Shown here: positions 38,346 to 48,569 of the stretch, piece by piece | How the letters are laid out: each line of letters opens with the position of its first letter | Position numbering within the stretch: the first letter of the stretch is position 1 | DNA from: a bacterium | GTDB taxonomy: Bacteria; UBA8248 | Length of the DNA stretch: 64,000 nt | Direction: 5' to 3' | Assembly (NCBI GenBank): GCA_965202625.1 | Contig: CBDBBI010000010.1 | Location: forward strand, 1,408,001 to 1,472,000 | Notes under the pieces: model-generated | Databases searched by the model: none | What the model was told of the DNA's origin: nothing | Seen by the model: the letters and a program-made list of their open reading frames with translations, nothing else | Position numbers and translations under genes: made by a program

Positions 38346-40229
38346 TCACAGGGTGATCGTCTTGCCCGCCGCCTGGGGATCCCGAAGCGCCTGGAGAAAC
38401 GCTTCCATCACTCGCGCGGCAGAGACGCGGCCCATGAGGTTCAGGGTGAACCCGTCCATCAACTCCCGCCTCATCCAACTCGCGAACACCGCCGCCTCCT
38501 CCATGCTCTCCGGATTCGCCTCCGGACCTCTGAAGTCCTCCTCCACAAATATCTCTTTTATCTTCGCCTCCAAGGCGCGAACGGGCGGATCCCTTCGGAC
38601 AAAGGACAGTTCGCCCGCCAGCAACCCGTTTCGGATGAAATAACAACATCGGCGTTCGCGCGTCTCTTCAGGCTCAACGATGATGAGCCTTCTCCTCTCA
38701 ACGGAAGGCCCCGACAGGGCGTATGTCCGCACCAAATGATGCAGCCGGGCGAGGTGACGCCGCAGTTTTCCCTCCGACGGCCCACTTCCCCTCCAGGCTT
38801 TGCGCAGAAGGGGGAACGCGTCCTCTCCCCCGTCTTTTTGAGAACAGCCCTCCAGAATGCTCCCCAAGATTCGGAGCAGCTGCGCGCACTCCGCATTCGG
38901 CAGTTGGGGCAGTTGCCTGCCGCCGGAGACGCCGCCGCGTCTCCCGGCGTCCTGATAGCCCTCCGGCATCTCGCCCGGCAGCGGAAAAACGACGCAGATG
39001 GCGCCCAGCAAATCGGCGAGCTGCGCCTTTTTCCGAAACGGGCCATAGTATCGGGCGCCGTCCGGCGCAAGGCGGAAGACGAGGGATACTCCAGGTCGCG
39101 CGCCGGTGGGCGCGAGTCTCAAAAAACCAGCGCCGGCCACGGCGAAGTTTCCGTTCATCAGGCGCGATTTTCGCATCGCCCTGAACGCCTCGACATGCAT
39201 GGACAGTTCGCTGCGCAGGCTCCTCGACTCCACGCGACAGACCTCTTTCAGCTTGCGCGCAAAGCGGCTGGCGGCGCGATTTTTCGGATAGAACATATCC
39301 CGCACCGCCCGCCGGACGTCGTTGGCCTTTCCTGCGAACACGAGTCTTTGCTCCCCGTCATAGAGAGAATAGACGCCGCGCGCGCTGGGGAGGGCGTCAA
39401 TCTTCGCCGGAGACAGACGCATCCCCTTCGCCATTGGGGGAGGGGGCGTTCTGGCGGACTCCTGAAGCGCGAGCAGGGAGGCGAGGCTGTCCAGGCCCAA
39501 AAGTTGGCACATCCGCGTCAGACGAACGAGGATGTCCGCCGTCGCCCGCGCGTCGCCCAGTGCGCGGTGCCTGCCCTCCTCCCAGTCTGCGAGTCCCAAG
39601 GCCGCGCCCAGCTCTCCGAGGTTGAAGCGCTTTTGCTCCGGAAGGAGCTGGCTCGCCAGCTTGAACGTGCAAAGAACCTCGGGAGAGAAATCGCGCTCCA
39701 GATACTCCTCCGCGTAATACTTGAGAAAATGGAAGTCGAAATTCGCGCAATGGGCGACGAACACGCCGCCGCCGATGAAATCCAGAAATCCGGGCAACGC
39801 CTCCATCAGATCGGGCTTGTCCGCCACCATGTCTTCGGTGATTCCGGTGAGGCGAACGACGCTCCAGGGAATGTTCCGACGCGGATTCACCAGGGCTTCG
39901 TAGGAATCCACCACCTCGCCCCCGCGAACCTTGAGGGCGGCCAACTCCGTGACGCGGTGCTGGGGAGGACGCCCGCCCGTGGTCTCGATGTCGACCACGG
40001 AGAACGTGGTATCGGGCAGATAGGGAGAGGAGAGCAAATGGGCCGCCTCATCCGCGCTCAGGCGGGCGCCGGGCGCGCCTCGGGTGCTTTTTTGCAGAAG
40101 GGGGACGATGATCGCAGACGCCGCAACATCCTCGACCCCATTCAGGCACAAGGCGCTTCGGACATGCTGAAATGCGGCGGACCCATGAATCGCGGCGGCC
40201 CGTTGCTCTCGCGTTGCGTCTTGATCCAT
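38346..40229 (-). CDS. DEDDh (DnaQ-like) exonuclease fused to a UvrC-like GIY-YIG region
   Basis: VVDIETTG, VAHCANFD and HRALGDA; then LPSARGVYSLYD...VFAGKANDVRR and YYGPF. Confidence 0.82.
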   Translation of the reverse strand: MDQDATREQRAAAIHGSAAFQHVRSALCLNGVEDVAASAIIVPLLQKSTRGAPGARLSADEAAHLLSSPYLPDTTFSVVDIETTGGRPPQHRVTELAALKVRGGEVVDSYEALVNPRRNIPWSVVRLTGITEDMVADKPDLMEALPGFLDFIGGGVFVAHCANFDFHFLKYYAEEYLERDFSPEVLCTFKLASQLLPEQKRFNLGELGAALGLADWEEGRHRALGDARATADILVRLTRMCQLLGLDSLASLLALQESARTPPPPMAKGMRLSPAKIDALPSARGVYSLYDGEQRLVFAGKANDVRRAVRDMFYPKNRAASRFARKLKEVCRVESRSLRSELSMHVEAFRAMRKSRLMNGNFAVAGAGFLRLAPTGARPGVSLVFRLAPDGARYYGPFRKKAQLADLLGAICVVFPLPGEMPEGYQDAGRRGGVSGGRQLPQLPNAECAQLLRILGSILEGCSQKDGGEDAFPLLRKAWRGSGPSEGKLRRHLARLHHLVRTYALSGPSVERRRLIIVEPEETRERRCCYFIRNGLLAGELSFVRRDPPVRALEAKIKEIFVEEDFRGPEANPESMEEAAVFASWMRRELMDGFTLNLMGRVSAARVMEAFLQALRDPQAAGKTITL

Positions 40230-40392
40230 GCGCCTGCGCTTTTGTGAAGACCTCAGTGGACGGGTTTCGACGTGCACGCGGCAAATGTAGCAGAAGGCGA
40301 TTGAGAATCATAGTCCAGCGCCTTCTGCGCGTTCACCCGGCGCGCCCGTTTTGGTATAACGCAGGCGTGGGTTTTGCGGGAGGAGAACGACC

Positions 40393-40752
40393 TTGTTCGG
40401 AAGCATCGGAATGACGGAGCTCATCGTGATCATGGTGGTCGCTCTGGTGGTCATCGGCCCCAAGCGTCTGCCGGAACTCGCCCGCTCGCTCGGGAAGGCG
40501 CTCGGCGACTTCAAGCGCGCCACGTCAGATTTTCAGAACAGCATCAACCTGGAGGATGACTACGACCTCGACCTGCTGGATGAGGACGCGAAGGAGAGGG
40601 ATAGAAAAGAGAAAGATAAAGAGGAGGAAGCGGCGGAGGGAGACGCTGAGCCGATCCAGCCCGAGACGAGCGAAACCGCGCCCCAAGCCTCAGAGGACAA
40701 GGCGACTCCGGAGAAAACGGAACCCGCACGAGAGGATGACACCAGAACGTGA
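40393..40752 (+). CDS. twin-arginine translocase TatA/TatB subunit
   Basis: GSIGMTELIVIMVVALVVIGPKRLPELARSLGK followed by an acidic tail. Confidence 0.9.
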   Translation: MFGSIGMTELIVIMVVALVVIGPKRLPELARSLGKALGDFKRATSDFQNSINLEDDYDLDLLDEDAKERDRKEKDKEEEAAEGDAEPIQPETSETAPQASEDKATPEKTEPAREDDTRT

Positions 40753-41504
40753 GCGGCGATGCTTCCATGCCCATCACCGGGCACCTGACGGAGTTGCGCA
40801 ACAGAATTCTCTACATTCTCGGCACCATCCTCGTCGTTTTCCTGGGCGCCTATTATTTCTCGACCGACCTCCTGCAACTGATGCAGCGGCCCGTCGCCGG
40901 TCAAAAACTCGTTTTCCTGGCGCCGACGGAGGCGTTTTTCGCGCACTTCAAGGTCTCGTTCTTCAGCGCGGTGTTCGTCAGCCTGCCCGTCATCCTGTTT
41001 CATATATGGCGCTTTTGCGCCCCGGGGCTCATGGACAGGGAGAAGCGCTATATCGCGCCCTTCGTGTTCTTCTCCACCTTCAGCTTCATCGCCGGCGCCC
41101 TTTTCTGCTATTTCCTGATCCTCCCCTACGGCCTCGACTTTCTCTTGAGCTTCGCCACCGAAACCCTGACCCCCCAGCTTTCGATAGGCTTCTATATCTC
41201 CTTCGCCTTCAAGCTCATCTTCACGTTTGGCCTGGTGTTCGAGGTGCCCATCGTCACCGTTCTCCTCGTGCACATCGGCGTCATCACGCCCGATTTCCTC
41301 TCGAAAAACCGAGGCTACGTCATCGTCGGCGCGTTCGTCATGTCCGCGCTGCTCACGCCGCCGGACGTGGTGACGCAGGTGTTCCTCGCCGGTCCCATCG
41401 TCGTCCTGTTCGAGATCAGCATTCTCGTCTCGAAAATCATGATGAGGCGCAAAAAGAAGCGACGGGAGGAGGAGGAGAAGGAATGGGAGGAAGAGCCGGA
41501 TTAG
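40749..41504 (+). CDS. tatC: twin-arginine translocase TatC
   Basis: HLTELRNR, PTEAF, WRFCAPGL, FEVP and LTPPD motifs. Confidence 0.94.
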   Translation: MSGDASMPITGHLTELRNRILYILGTILVVFLGAYYFSTDLLQLMQRPVAGQKLVFLAPTEAFFAHFKVSFFSAVFVSLPVILFHIWRFCAPGLMDREKRYIAPFVFFSTFSFIAGALFCYFLILPYGLDFLLSFATETLTPQLSIGFYISFAFKLIFTFGLVFEVPIVTVLLVHIGVITPDFLSKNRGYVIVGAFVMSALLTPPDVVTQVFLAGPIVVLFEISILVSKIMMRRKKKRREEEEKEWEEEPD

Positions 41505-41726
41505 GCGCGCGTCAAGCCCCAACCCCCGGACGGGAACAGGAAGGCGCCCTTGGGTTCACCAGAGCCGCGCGCCGCTCTCGACACGCAGAGAGGAAACATC
41601 CGCGCGCAGCGTGAAAACGACTTCCGTTTGATATCGCCTCGGGTGGAAATGGAGGTTTTCAGCCGCGCGACGGAACGCGGGCGAACAGGGAGCCTCGGCC
41701 CCCGCAGGCATGGGGTGAAACCCTCG

Positions 41727-42626
41727 TTAAATACCCGCGAATCCCGTCCAGAAGATGAGATAGGCGGAGATGGCGTTGAGATAGTTGGAGATCAGCAGAA
41801 CGCCCACGAGCAGGAGCATGACGCTGCTCGCGATTTCCACTCCGTGGAAATATCGCCGAAACGCCTGATAGAAGCGGAAGAAATATCCCACGCCCAGACC
41901 GCTGAGGAGGAAGGGGACGCCCAGGCCCGCGGAGTAGCTCGCCAAGAGGACCACCCCCTGTCCCTCCGTATGCCGCGTCGCCGCGACCCCGAGGATGCTG
42001 CCCAGAATCGGGCCGACGCACGGCGTCCAGCCGGCGGCGAAGGTGACGCCGACCAACATGCTGCCGAACCAGCCTGCGGGCTTGCTCTTGAGCACGATCC
42101 GGTTCTCGGAGGAGAGGAGCACCGGACAGAAAACGGCCAGGAAGACATACAAGGAGAGCGCCGCGAGCACCCCGCCCAGCGTGGGATACCCCCCCCCCAT
42201 GCCCATCAGGCCCACGAGGAAGGCGAGAGCGGCGAAGGCGCCGCTCACTCCGGTCGGTTTCTCGGCGAAAAACTTTTGGGCTCTGAAGCCGAAGGCCCTG
42301 TCCCCGACGTAGAAGCCGAACATGGTGATCATGACGCCGCCCAGCAGCCTGACGCCATCCTGATATGCAAACAGCGCATTGCCGAGAAAAGAGGCGCTCG
42401 CCCCCAACAGGACGAAGACGAGAGAGAAGCCCGCCACGAAGAACAGGGAATTCGCCAGAATGACGCTCCGCACGCGGGCCGCCTTGCCGCTCTCCCTGAT
42501 CTCCTCATAGGACAAACCCGTCAGATAGGAGAGATAGCTCGGAACCAGCGGAAGAATACATGGGGAGGCGAAGCTGAGAACCCCCGCAGCGAAAGCCAGA
42601 CTTAAGGATACGTTTTCCGGGGCCAT
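41727..42626 (-). CDS. ccdA: cytochrome c biogenesis protein CcdA
   Basis: AGVLSFASPCILPLVPSY and AGWTPCVGPILG; has an internal hydrophobic insertion. Confidence 0.9.
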   Translation of the reverse strand: MAPENVSLSLAFAAGVLSFASPCILPLVPSYLSYLTGLSYEEIRESGKAARVRSVILANSLFFVAGFSLVFVLLGASASFLGNALFAYQDGVRLLGGVMITMFGFYVGDRAFGFRAQKFFAEKPTGVSGAFAALAFLVGLMGMGGGYPTLGGVLAALSLYVFLAVFCPVLLSSENRIVLKSKPAGWFGSMLVGVTFAAGWTPCVGPILGSILGVAATRHTEGQGVVLLASYSAGLGVPFLLSGLGVGYFFRFYQAFRRYFHGVEIASSVMLLLVGVLLISNYLNAISAYLIFWTGFAGI

Positions 42627-42668
42627 GAATTTCCCCTTAAAATCGGCGGCGGCCAGAAGGCGCTAAAA

Positions 42669-43136
42669 TTACCTCACCGTAACTTCGGCGAAGGCCGCTT
42701 CTTCCTCTGTGGGCAGCCCCGTCACGAAATAGCGATAGACGCCCGTCTTCAGAAACGCGGTGCTCGCCGTGGCGCCTGAATCGAAAGCGGCGCTGACGTA
42801 GGCGCCGTCGGGAGCGAGGAAAAAAAGGGTCGGCGACCTCGTCGCCCGAACCAACTCCTCGCCCTCGTTGAACACTACCGAGGAGTAGCCGGCCGTGGCG
42901 TTATACCAGATCACCGTGGCGCCCCTCTCTATGCGAAGATTTCTGGGAAACACGCCGTCGGAATCAATGCGAACGACGTGGAACTTCCCGAAGCCGGGGA
43001 AAAGCGAATCCTCGGCCTTCTGCGCCTGGGTGAGCGAGGCGGCGAAGAGCGCCAGGGTCCCGACCAAAACCCCCGCCATGACGGAAAACAAGGGGGGGCG
43101 CGAAAAATTCCCAAAGCGCACGAAAACGCGCGTCAA
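42669..43136 (-). CDS. secreted cupredoxin-fold-like protein lacking Cu ligands
   Basis: Signal/TM segment; FPRNLRIERGATVIWYN and F..TGVYRYF resemble cupredoxin strands, but the Cys/His ligands are absent. Start uncertain. Confidence 0.55.
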   Translation of the reverse strand: MTRVFVRFGNFSRPPLFSVMAGVLVGTLALFAASLTQAQKAEDSLFPGFGKFHVVRIDSDGVFPRNLRIERGATVIWYNATAGYSSVVFNEGEELVRATRSPTLFFLAPDGAYVSAAFDSGATASTAFLKTGVYRYFVTGLPTEEEAAFAEVTVR

Positions 43137-44455
43137 TTTTCCATCTCCCCGTTTGGTGGAAGCGGATTCTGAATACATATTGTGTCGTCCCGGTTGGGAC
43201 CCGTGGAAATCAGCCACACCGGCCTGTCGATCAGCTCCTCAATCCGCTTGATGTAATTCTTCGCTCGAGGCGGAAGCGCGTCATAATCCCTCAAACCCTC
43301 GGTGGAGGACATCCAGCCGGGAAATTCCGCGTATACGGGTTCGCACCGCTCCAGAATAGAGGTTTCCGCCGGAAACACGGTGACGCGCTCCCCCTTGTAT
43401 TCATAGCCCACGCAAACGCGAATCCTCTCCTGGTTGTCGAGCACGTCGAGCTTCGTCACCGCTATCGCGTCCATGCCGGCCACCTGCACGCAGTGGCGCG
43501 CCGCCACCGCGTCAAACCACCCGCATCGTCTCGGCCTGCCGGTCGTGGCGCCGAACTCTCCGCCCTCCTCCCGCAGGCGTCCGGCGGCCGCATCCTCCAT
43601 CTCGGTGGGAAACGGGCCCTGGCCCACCCGGGTGCAATACGCCTTCATGATGCCGAACACGACGCTCAACCGGCTATAGGGCAGTCCGAGACCGCTCATC
43701 GCCCCGCCCACGCCGGTGTTGCTCGAGGTTACGTAGGGATACGTGCCCATGTCCAGATCGAGCAGGATGCCCTGCGCGCCCTCAAGCAGAATTTTCTTGT
43801 TTCCCCGCAGCGCGTCGTGTATCTCCGCGTCCGTGTTGCGCACGTGCGCGCCCAACTCTTCGCGCACCCGGGCGCACACGCCCAGAACGTGCGCCTCATC
43901 CAGTGCGCGCGCCTCATCCGCACTCAACGCGATGTCGCCCAGCAGCCTTCTCTTGACCGCCAGACTGACGCGAATGCGATCCGTCAACGTCTTCTCATCG
44001 AAGAGGTCCGAAATCCGCACGCCCAATCGCGCCGCCTTGTCGGCGTAGGCCGGGCCGATGCCCCGGCCCGTCGTTCCGATGCGATTGACGCCCAGAAGCT
44101 CCTCCATGTGGGAATCCAGCACCTTGTGGTAGGGCATGATGAGGTGCGCCCGTTTGCCGAGGACGAGGTTCTCCCCGATCTCCACTCCCGCCGCGCGGAG
44201 ATATTTGATCTCCTCCACCAGCCCCAGCGGGTCCACGACGACGCCCGAGCCGATGATGCACTTGACGCCCGCGCGCAATATCCCCGTCGGCATCAGGTGG
44301 AGAATATACTGCTTCCCATCGGCAACCACCGTATGTCCCGCGTTGGCCCCCCCCTGATAGCGGGCCACCACGTCCGCCTGACCCGCCAGCCAGTCGATGA
44401 CCTTCCCCTTTCCCTCATCGCCCCACTGGCCGCCGAGAATCGCTAAAACGCTCAT
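43133..44455 (-). CDS. purA: adenylosuccinate synthase
   Basis: GQWGDEGKGK, QGGANAGHT, EGAQG and GATTGRPRRCGW motifs. Confidence 0.96.
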   Translation of the reverse strand: MSVLAILGGQWGDEGKGKVIDWLAGQADVVARYQGGANAGHTVVADGKQYILHLMPTGILRAGVKCIIGSGVVVDPLGLVEEIKYLRAAGVEIGENLVLGKRAHLIMPYHKVLDSHMEELLGVNRIGTTGRGIGPAYADKAARLGVRISDLFDEKTLTDRIRVSLAVKRRLLGDIALSADEARALDEAHVLGVCARVREELGAHVRNTDAEIHDALRGNKKILLEGAQGILLDLDMGTYPYVTSSNTGVGGAMSGLGLPYSRLSVVFGIMKAYCTRVGQGPFPTEMEDAAAGRLREEGGEFGATTGRPRRCGWFDAVAARHCVQVAGMDAIAVTKLDVLDNQERIRVCVGYEYKGERVTVFPAETSILERCEPVYAEFPGWMSSTEGLRDYDALPPRAKNYIKRIEELIDRPVWLISTGPNRDDTICIQNPLPPNGEMEN

Positions 44456-45741
44456 CGTCTCCCGTTCCTTTCCCCCACCTGATGGAGGATTTCCGCTATC
44501 GGATGCGCTCCCAGGTCTTCCCCGTCTGGCTCCAGAAGACGAACCTCCCCGCCCTTCCGCCCTCCGCGCTCGATGACGAGGCATTTCGACACGCCCGTCG
44601 CCCGCGCGTATTCCAGCGAGCCCTCAAGATCGCGGCGAATGATGTCGCGCGCCACCTGCCAGCCCCGCGCCCTCAGGTTGCGGGAGAGGAGGATGCCCGC
44701 GCGCTTCTCGCGCGTGAGGTCGATGACGAGAAAATCCGTGCCGCTCCCGCCCTCCGTCTCTCGCGCGACGAGAGGAAGCAGCTGGTTCAAATCGACGGCG
44801 AACCCCGTGCCGAGCGCGTCATCGCCATACAGCCCCAGAAGCTTGTCATAGCGACCGCCCCCGCATACGGAATACCCTGAGCCTTCCACGAACCCTTCGA
44901 ATATCACGCCCGTGTAATAATCAAAATCCCTGAAATCGCACAGGTCGAATATGACGCGCTCCGAGAGGCCGTAAAGCTCCAGTATCCGGAACACCTTCAG
45001 AAGCTCCCGCACCGCGCCTTTGGCCGCCGGCGTCCTTATTTTTTTCTCCAACCCCCGGAGCGCCTCGACTCCGCCAAACCACTCCGGAACGCGCTCGAGA
45101 AGTCCGACGTCGGTTTTCGCTCTCGGAAACCCCCTGAGAAGGCGCGCCACTTCCGTGGAATCGCGGCGTCCTATCGCCTCCAGGACTTCAGTCCTCCGGC
45201 CGCCCTCCAGGCCCAAGGCGTTCAGAACCCCGCGCAAAAACGCGCCGTGGCTCAGGGACATGCGGAAATTCTCCACCCCGTTCGCCCGCAGACACTCCAC
45301 GGCGACGGCGATCATCTCCGCGTCGGCTTCCAGGGAAACCAGGCCGATCAGCTCCACGCCCGCCTGCCAGAACTCCCTTTGCAACTCGCCCGCCACGTGG
45401 GCGTGGCGAAAGACGTTCGTCGCGTAGGAGAGTCTCAAGGGGCGGGGATGGGCGGCGAGAACCGTTCCCGCCGTCCGGGCGATTTGGGGCGTCATGTCCG
45501 CCCGAAGCGCCAGCAGACCGCCGCTTTCCAGATCGACCATCCGGTAGGTCTGCGCGTCCAGAACTTCCGAACCCGATCTGGGCGCGTAAAACTCAAACGC
45601 GGGCGTGAGAACCTCTCGAAATCCCCACTGCTCGAACACGCCGAGGAGGCGCTCTTCCACCTCTCTCTTGCGCCGCGCCTCACCGGGCAGGAACACCCGA
45701 GAACCGCCCGGAACGGCGCGCAGAGAGGCTGTTCGCCTCAT
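44452..45741 (-). CDS. hisZ: ATP phosphoribosyltransferase regulatory subunit
   Basis: LRADMTPQIAR, REFWQAGVELIG, YYTGVIFE and GGGRYD; upstream of purA. Confidence 0.9.
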   Translation of the reverse strand: MRRTASLRAVPGGSRVFLPGEARRKREVEERLLGVFEQWGFREVLTPAFEFYAPRSGSEVLDAQTYRMVDLESGGLLALRADMTPQIARTAGTVLAAHPRPLRLSYATNVFRHAHVAGELQREFWQAGVELIGLVSLEADAEMIAVAVECLRANGVENFRMSLSHGAFLRGVLNALGLEGGRRTEVLEAIGRRDSTEVARLLRGFPRAKTDVGLLERVPEWFGGVEALRGLEKKIRTPAAKGAVRELLKVFRILELYGLSERVIFDLCDFRDFDYYTGVIFEGFVEGSGYSVCGGGRYDKLLGLYGDDALGTGFAVDLNQLLPLVARETEGGSGTDFLVIDLTREKRAGILLSRNLRARGWQVARDIIRRDLEGSLEYARATGVSKCLVIERGGRKGGEVRLLEPDGEDLGAHPIAEILHQVGERNGRR

Positions 45742-47342
45742 GGGGACACGAGTCCCACGAGGCAGGCGTCATAGATGTGGGGAATGGCGCGCACCTCCTC
45801 CATAGCGGATTCCGGCACAGGATCGTCCAGCGTCAAGACGGCTACGGCCACGTCATGCTTGCGCATCCTTCCCAGCTGCATACCGGCGATGTTGATGTCG
45901 TGGCTCCCCAACAGGGCGCCGATCCTGCCGATCATTCCGGGCCGGTCGTCGTTGCGGAACACGAGGAGGTAGCCCTCCAGCGCCACGTCGACCGGAAAAT
46001 CGTCGATCCGCACGATTCTGGGTTCATTTTTCCGGAGGAAAGTTCCCGCCGCGGAACGCTCGCCCGCATCGGTGCGCACGCGAAGCTCGACCAGGTCCAT
46101 ATAGAGGAGATTCTCCGAGCGGCTCGTCGTCCGCACCTCAATGCCGCGCTCTTTCGCCAACAGGAGGCCGTTCACCATGTTCACCCGGGCGCCCGCCAAG
46201 AACTGTCCCAGCAGCCCCTTGAGCGCTGCGGCGGCCAGCGCCTTCATCGGCACGTCGAGAACGCCCCCATAGACCACTTCGAGGGACTGCAATCCCCCGC
46301 CGGCGAGTTGCCCCAGAAAATCGCCGAGGCGCTCAGCGAGATTCAGGTGCGGGCCAATGCGCTCCATCGCCTCGGCGCCCAGGGCGGGCAGGTTCACGGC
46401 GTGCTTCACGCTTCCCTTGGTCAGATACTCGGCGACCTGCTCGGCCACGCTGATAGCCACGTTCTCCTGCGCCTCGGCGGTCGAGGCGCCCAGGTGGGGC
46501 GTGCAGACGACGTCCTCGCGTCCGAGGAGCGGACCGTCCTGTGCCGGCGGCTCCTGCTCGTATACGTCCACCGCGGCGCCGGCGACCTTTCCGCTGTCGA
46601 GGGCCTCGGCCAGTGCCTCCTCGTCTATCAGCCCGCCGCGCGCGCAGTTGATGATGCGAACGCCGTCGCGCATTCGGGCGATTTCCGCCGCGCCGATGAG
46701 GTTTCCCGTCTCGGCCGTCTTCGGCACGTGCAGGGTGACGTAGTCGGAGCGGCGCAAAAGCGCATCGAAGTCCACGGGACGCACTCCGCGCTTGGCGAGC
46801 GCCTCCTCGGAAATATAGGGATCGTAGGCGACGACGTTCATTCCCAGGCTGCGGGCGAAAGCCGCCGTCTGCGAACCCACGCGCCCCATGCCCACGACGC
46901 CCAGGGTTTTGGAGGAAATCTCACTGCCCACGAAGCGGTTCCGCTCCCATTTGCCCTGCTTCAGAGAGGAGACCGCGGAGGGTATCTTCCGCGCCAGGGC
47001 GAACATCATGGCGATGGTGTGCTCCGCCGTGGTGATGACGTTGCCGTCGGGGGCGTTCACCACGAGAACCCCCCGCATAGAGGCGGCTTCGAGGTCCACG
47101 TTGTCCACCCCGATGCCCGCGCGCGCGACAATCTTGAGCCCGTCTCCGGCCTCCAGCAGTTCCTCGTCCACCCGCGTGCCGCTTCGAACGATGAGCGCGT
47201 CCGCGGCTGCAGCGGCGTCGAGCAGTTCGCCGCGCGTGGAGGAGGAGAAGTCCAGGACCTCAAAACCCTCCCGCGTTTTCAGCATCTCCTCCGCCCTCGG
47301 CGAGACGGGATCGCAAATCAGGACGCGAAACTTCTGGCTCAC
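45738..47342 (-). CDS. serA: D-3-phosphoglycerate dehydrogenase
   Basis: RAGIGVDN, GMGRVG, NCARGG, TPHLGAST and a C-terminal ACT domain (DRPGMIG). Confidence 0.95.
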   Translation of the reverse strand: MSQKFRVLICDPVSPRAEEMLKTREGFEVLDFSSSTRGELLDAAAAADALIVRSGTRVDEELLEAGDGLKIVARAGIGVDNVDLEAASMRGVLVVNAPDGNVITTAEHTIAMMFALARKIPSAVSSLKQGKWERNRFVGSEISSKTLGVVGMGRVGSQTAAFARSLGMNVVAYDPYISEEALAKRGVRPVDFDALLRRSDYVTLHVPKTAETGNLIGAAEIARMRDGVRIINCARGGLIDEEALAEALDSGKVAGAAVDVYEQEPPAQDGPLLGREDVVCTPHLGASTAEAQENVAISVAEQVAEYLTKGSVKHAVNLPALGAEAMERIGPHLNLAERLGDFLGQLAGGGLQSLEVVYGGVLDVPMKALAAAALKGLLGQFLAGARVNMVNGLLLAKERGIEVRTTSRSENLLYMDLVELRVRTDAGERSAAGTFLRKNEPRIVRIDDFPVDVALEGYLLVFRNDDRPGMIGRIGALLGSHDINIAGMQLGRMRKHDVAVAVLTLDDPVPESAMEEVRAIPHIYDACLVGLVSP

Positions 47343-47426
47343 TTCTCAAACACCTCTCGCCCCGTGCGAGGGCTCCGCAAGGTCAGGTCCGCAAGATCAA
47401 AAAGGGTATCTGAACGCAAAAACGTT

Positions 47427-48569
47427 TCATGCACTTTCCAACGCCTCCTGTGCCGCCGCGAGACCGCACCCTTTCTCCAGCGGGAAGCCCAAGGAGGACA
47501 AGGTCGATTCCAGCGCGCCGACCGTCGCCAGCACGTCGGAGGCGTCCACGTATCCCAGGTGGCCGATTCTGAAAATCCGCCCGCTCAGGTCGCCTTGCCC
47601 TCCGGCGATGGTCACCCCGCGCGTATTCTGCATATGCACGGGAATCGCCGCTCCATCGACTCCATCAGGCGCGCGAACGGCGGTGAGCGCCTCGCTTCTT
47701 TCATTCCGGGGGAATATCTCCAGCCCCAGGGCCTCCACGGCCGCTCCCGTCGCCCGCGCCAAAAGCGCGTGGCGCGCGAAGATGCTCTCCAGACCCTCCT
47801 CGCGCATCATGTCAAGCGCGACGCCCAGGCCCGCCACCAGAGAGATCGCCGGCGTCCAGGCGGTGGTGTTATTCCGCTGGCTCTTTCGCTCGATATGCAG
47901 ATCAAAATAATATCTCGGCGAACGGGCTTGCGCCGCGGCGCGCCAGGCGCGCGCGCTCAGCCAGAGAAAAGCCAGCCCCGGCGGAAGCATCAGCGCCTTC
48001 TGGCTTCCCGTGATCACGACGTCCAGCCCCCATTCCTCGGCGCGCAGATCATACACGCCCAGCGCAGTGATGGCGTCCACCGCCACGAGGGTCTCCGGCG
48101 ATCTCTCGCGGACGACCCGCGCGATCGTCCGCGCGTCATGCTTCGCGCCGGTGGAAGTCTCGCTCGCCTGCATCAGGAGCGCCTTGTGGCGCCCGCCCTC
48201 CAGGCGCGCCTCGACCGCGGCGGGATCGACCGAGCGGCCCCACTCGACTTTCAGAACGTCCGCCTCGACGCCGTAGGCCCGGCAAATCTCCGACCAGCGT
48301 TCTCCGAATTTGCCGCCCTCAACGATGAGCGCGCGATCCCCCGCAGAGAGCAGGTTCGCAACCGTCGCCTCCATGCCGCCAGAGCCGGAAGCGGCAAGCG
48401 TGATGACCTCGCCGCTGGTCTGGAAAAGCCACGCAAGCCCCCGGCGCGCCTCCTCGAAAAGCGCCTCGAACTCTCGCGTGCGATGGTGCATCAGAGGGCG
48501 CGCCATGGCCTCAAGCACGCGGTGGGGAACCGGCGTGGGGCCGGGAGCCATAAGGTACCGCTTGCGCAT
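47427..48569 (-). CDS. class V aminotransferase (alanine/serine-glyoxylate family; probable phosphoserine aminotransferase role by context)
   Basis: MAPGPTPV, ETSTG, VDAIT, TGSQKALMLPPG and FRIGHLG; upstream of serA. Confidence 0.88.
   Translation of the reverse strand: MRKRYLMAPGPTPVPHRVLEAMARPLMHHRTREFEALFEEARRGLAWLFQTSGEVITLAASGSGGMEATVANLLSAGDRALIVEGGKFGERWSEICRAYGVEADVLKVEWGRSVDPAAVEARLEGGRHKALLMQASETSTGAKHDARTIARVVRERSPETLVAVDAITALGVYDLRAEEWGLDVVITGSQKALMLPPGLAFLWLSARAWRAAAQARSPRYYFDLHIERKSQRNNTTAWTPAISLVAGLGVALDMMREEGLESIFARHALLARATGAAVEALGLEIFPRNERSEALTAVRAPDGVDGAAIPVHMQNTRGVTIAGGQGDLSGRIFRIGHLGYVDASDVLATVGALESTLSSLGFPLEKGCGLAAAQEALESA

Noticed and set aside
38340-40247. 635-aa plus-strand ORF, and similar long antisense ORFs (22774-24471, 51606-53474, 56055-58019, 59916-61499)
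   Set aside because: Each lies opposite a well-supported gene and has no motifs of its own.
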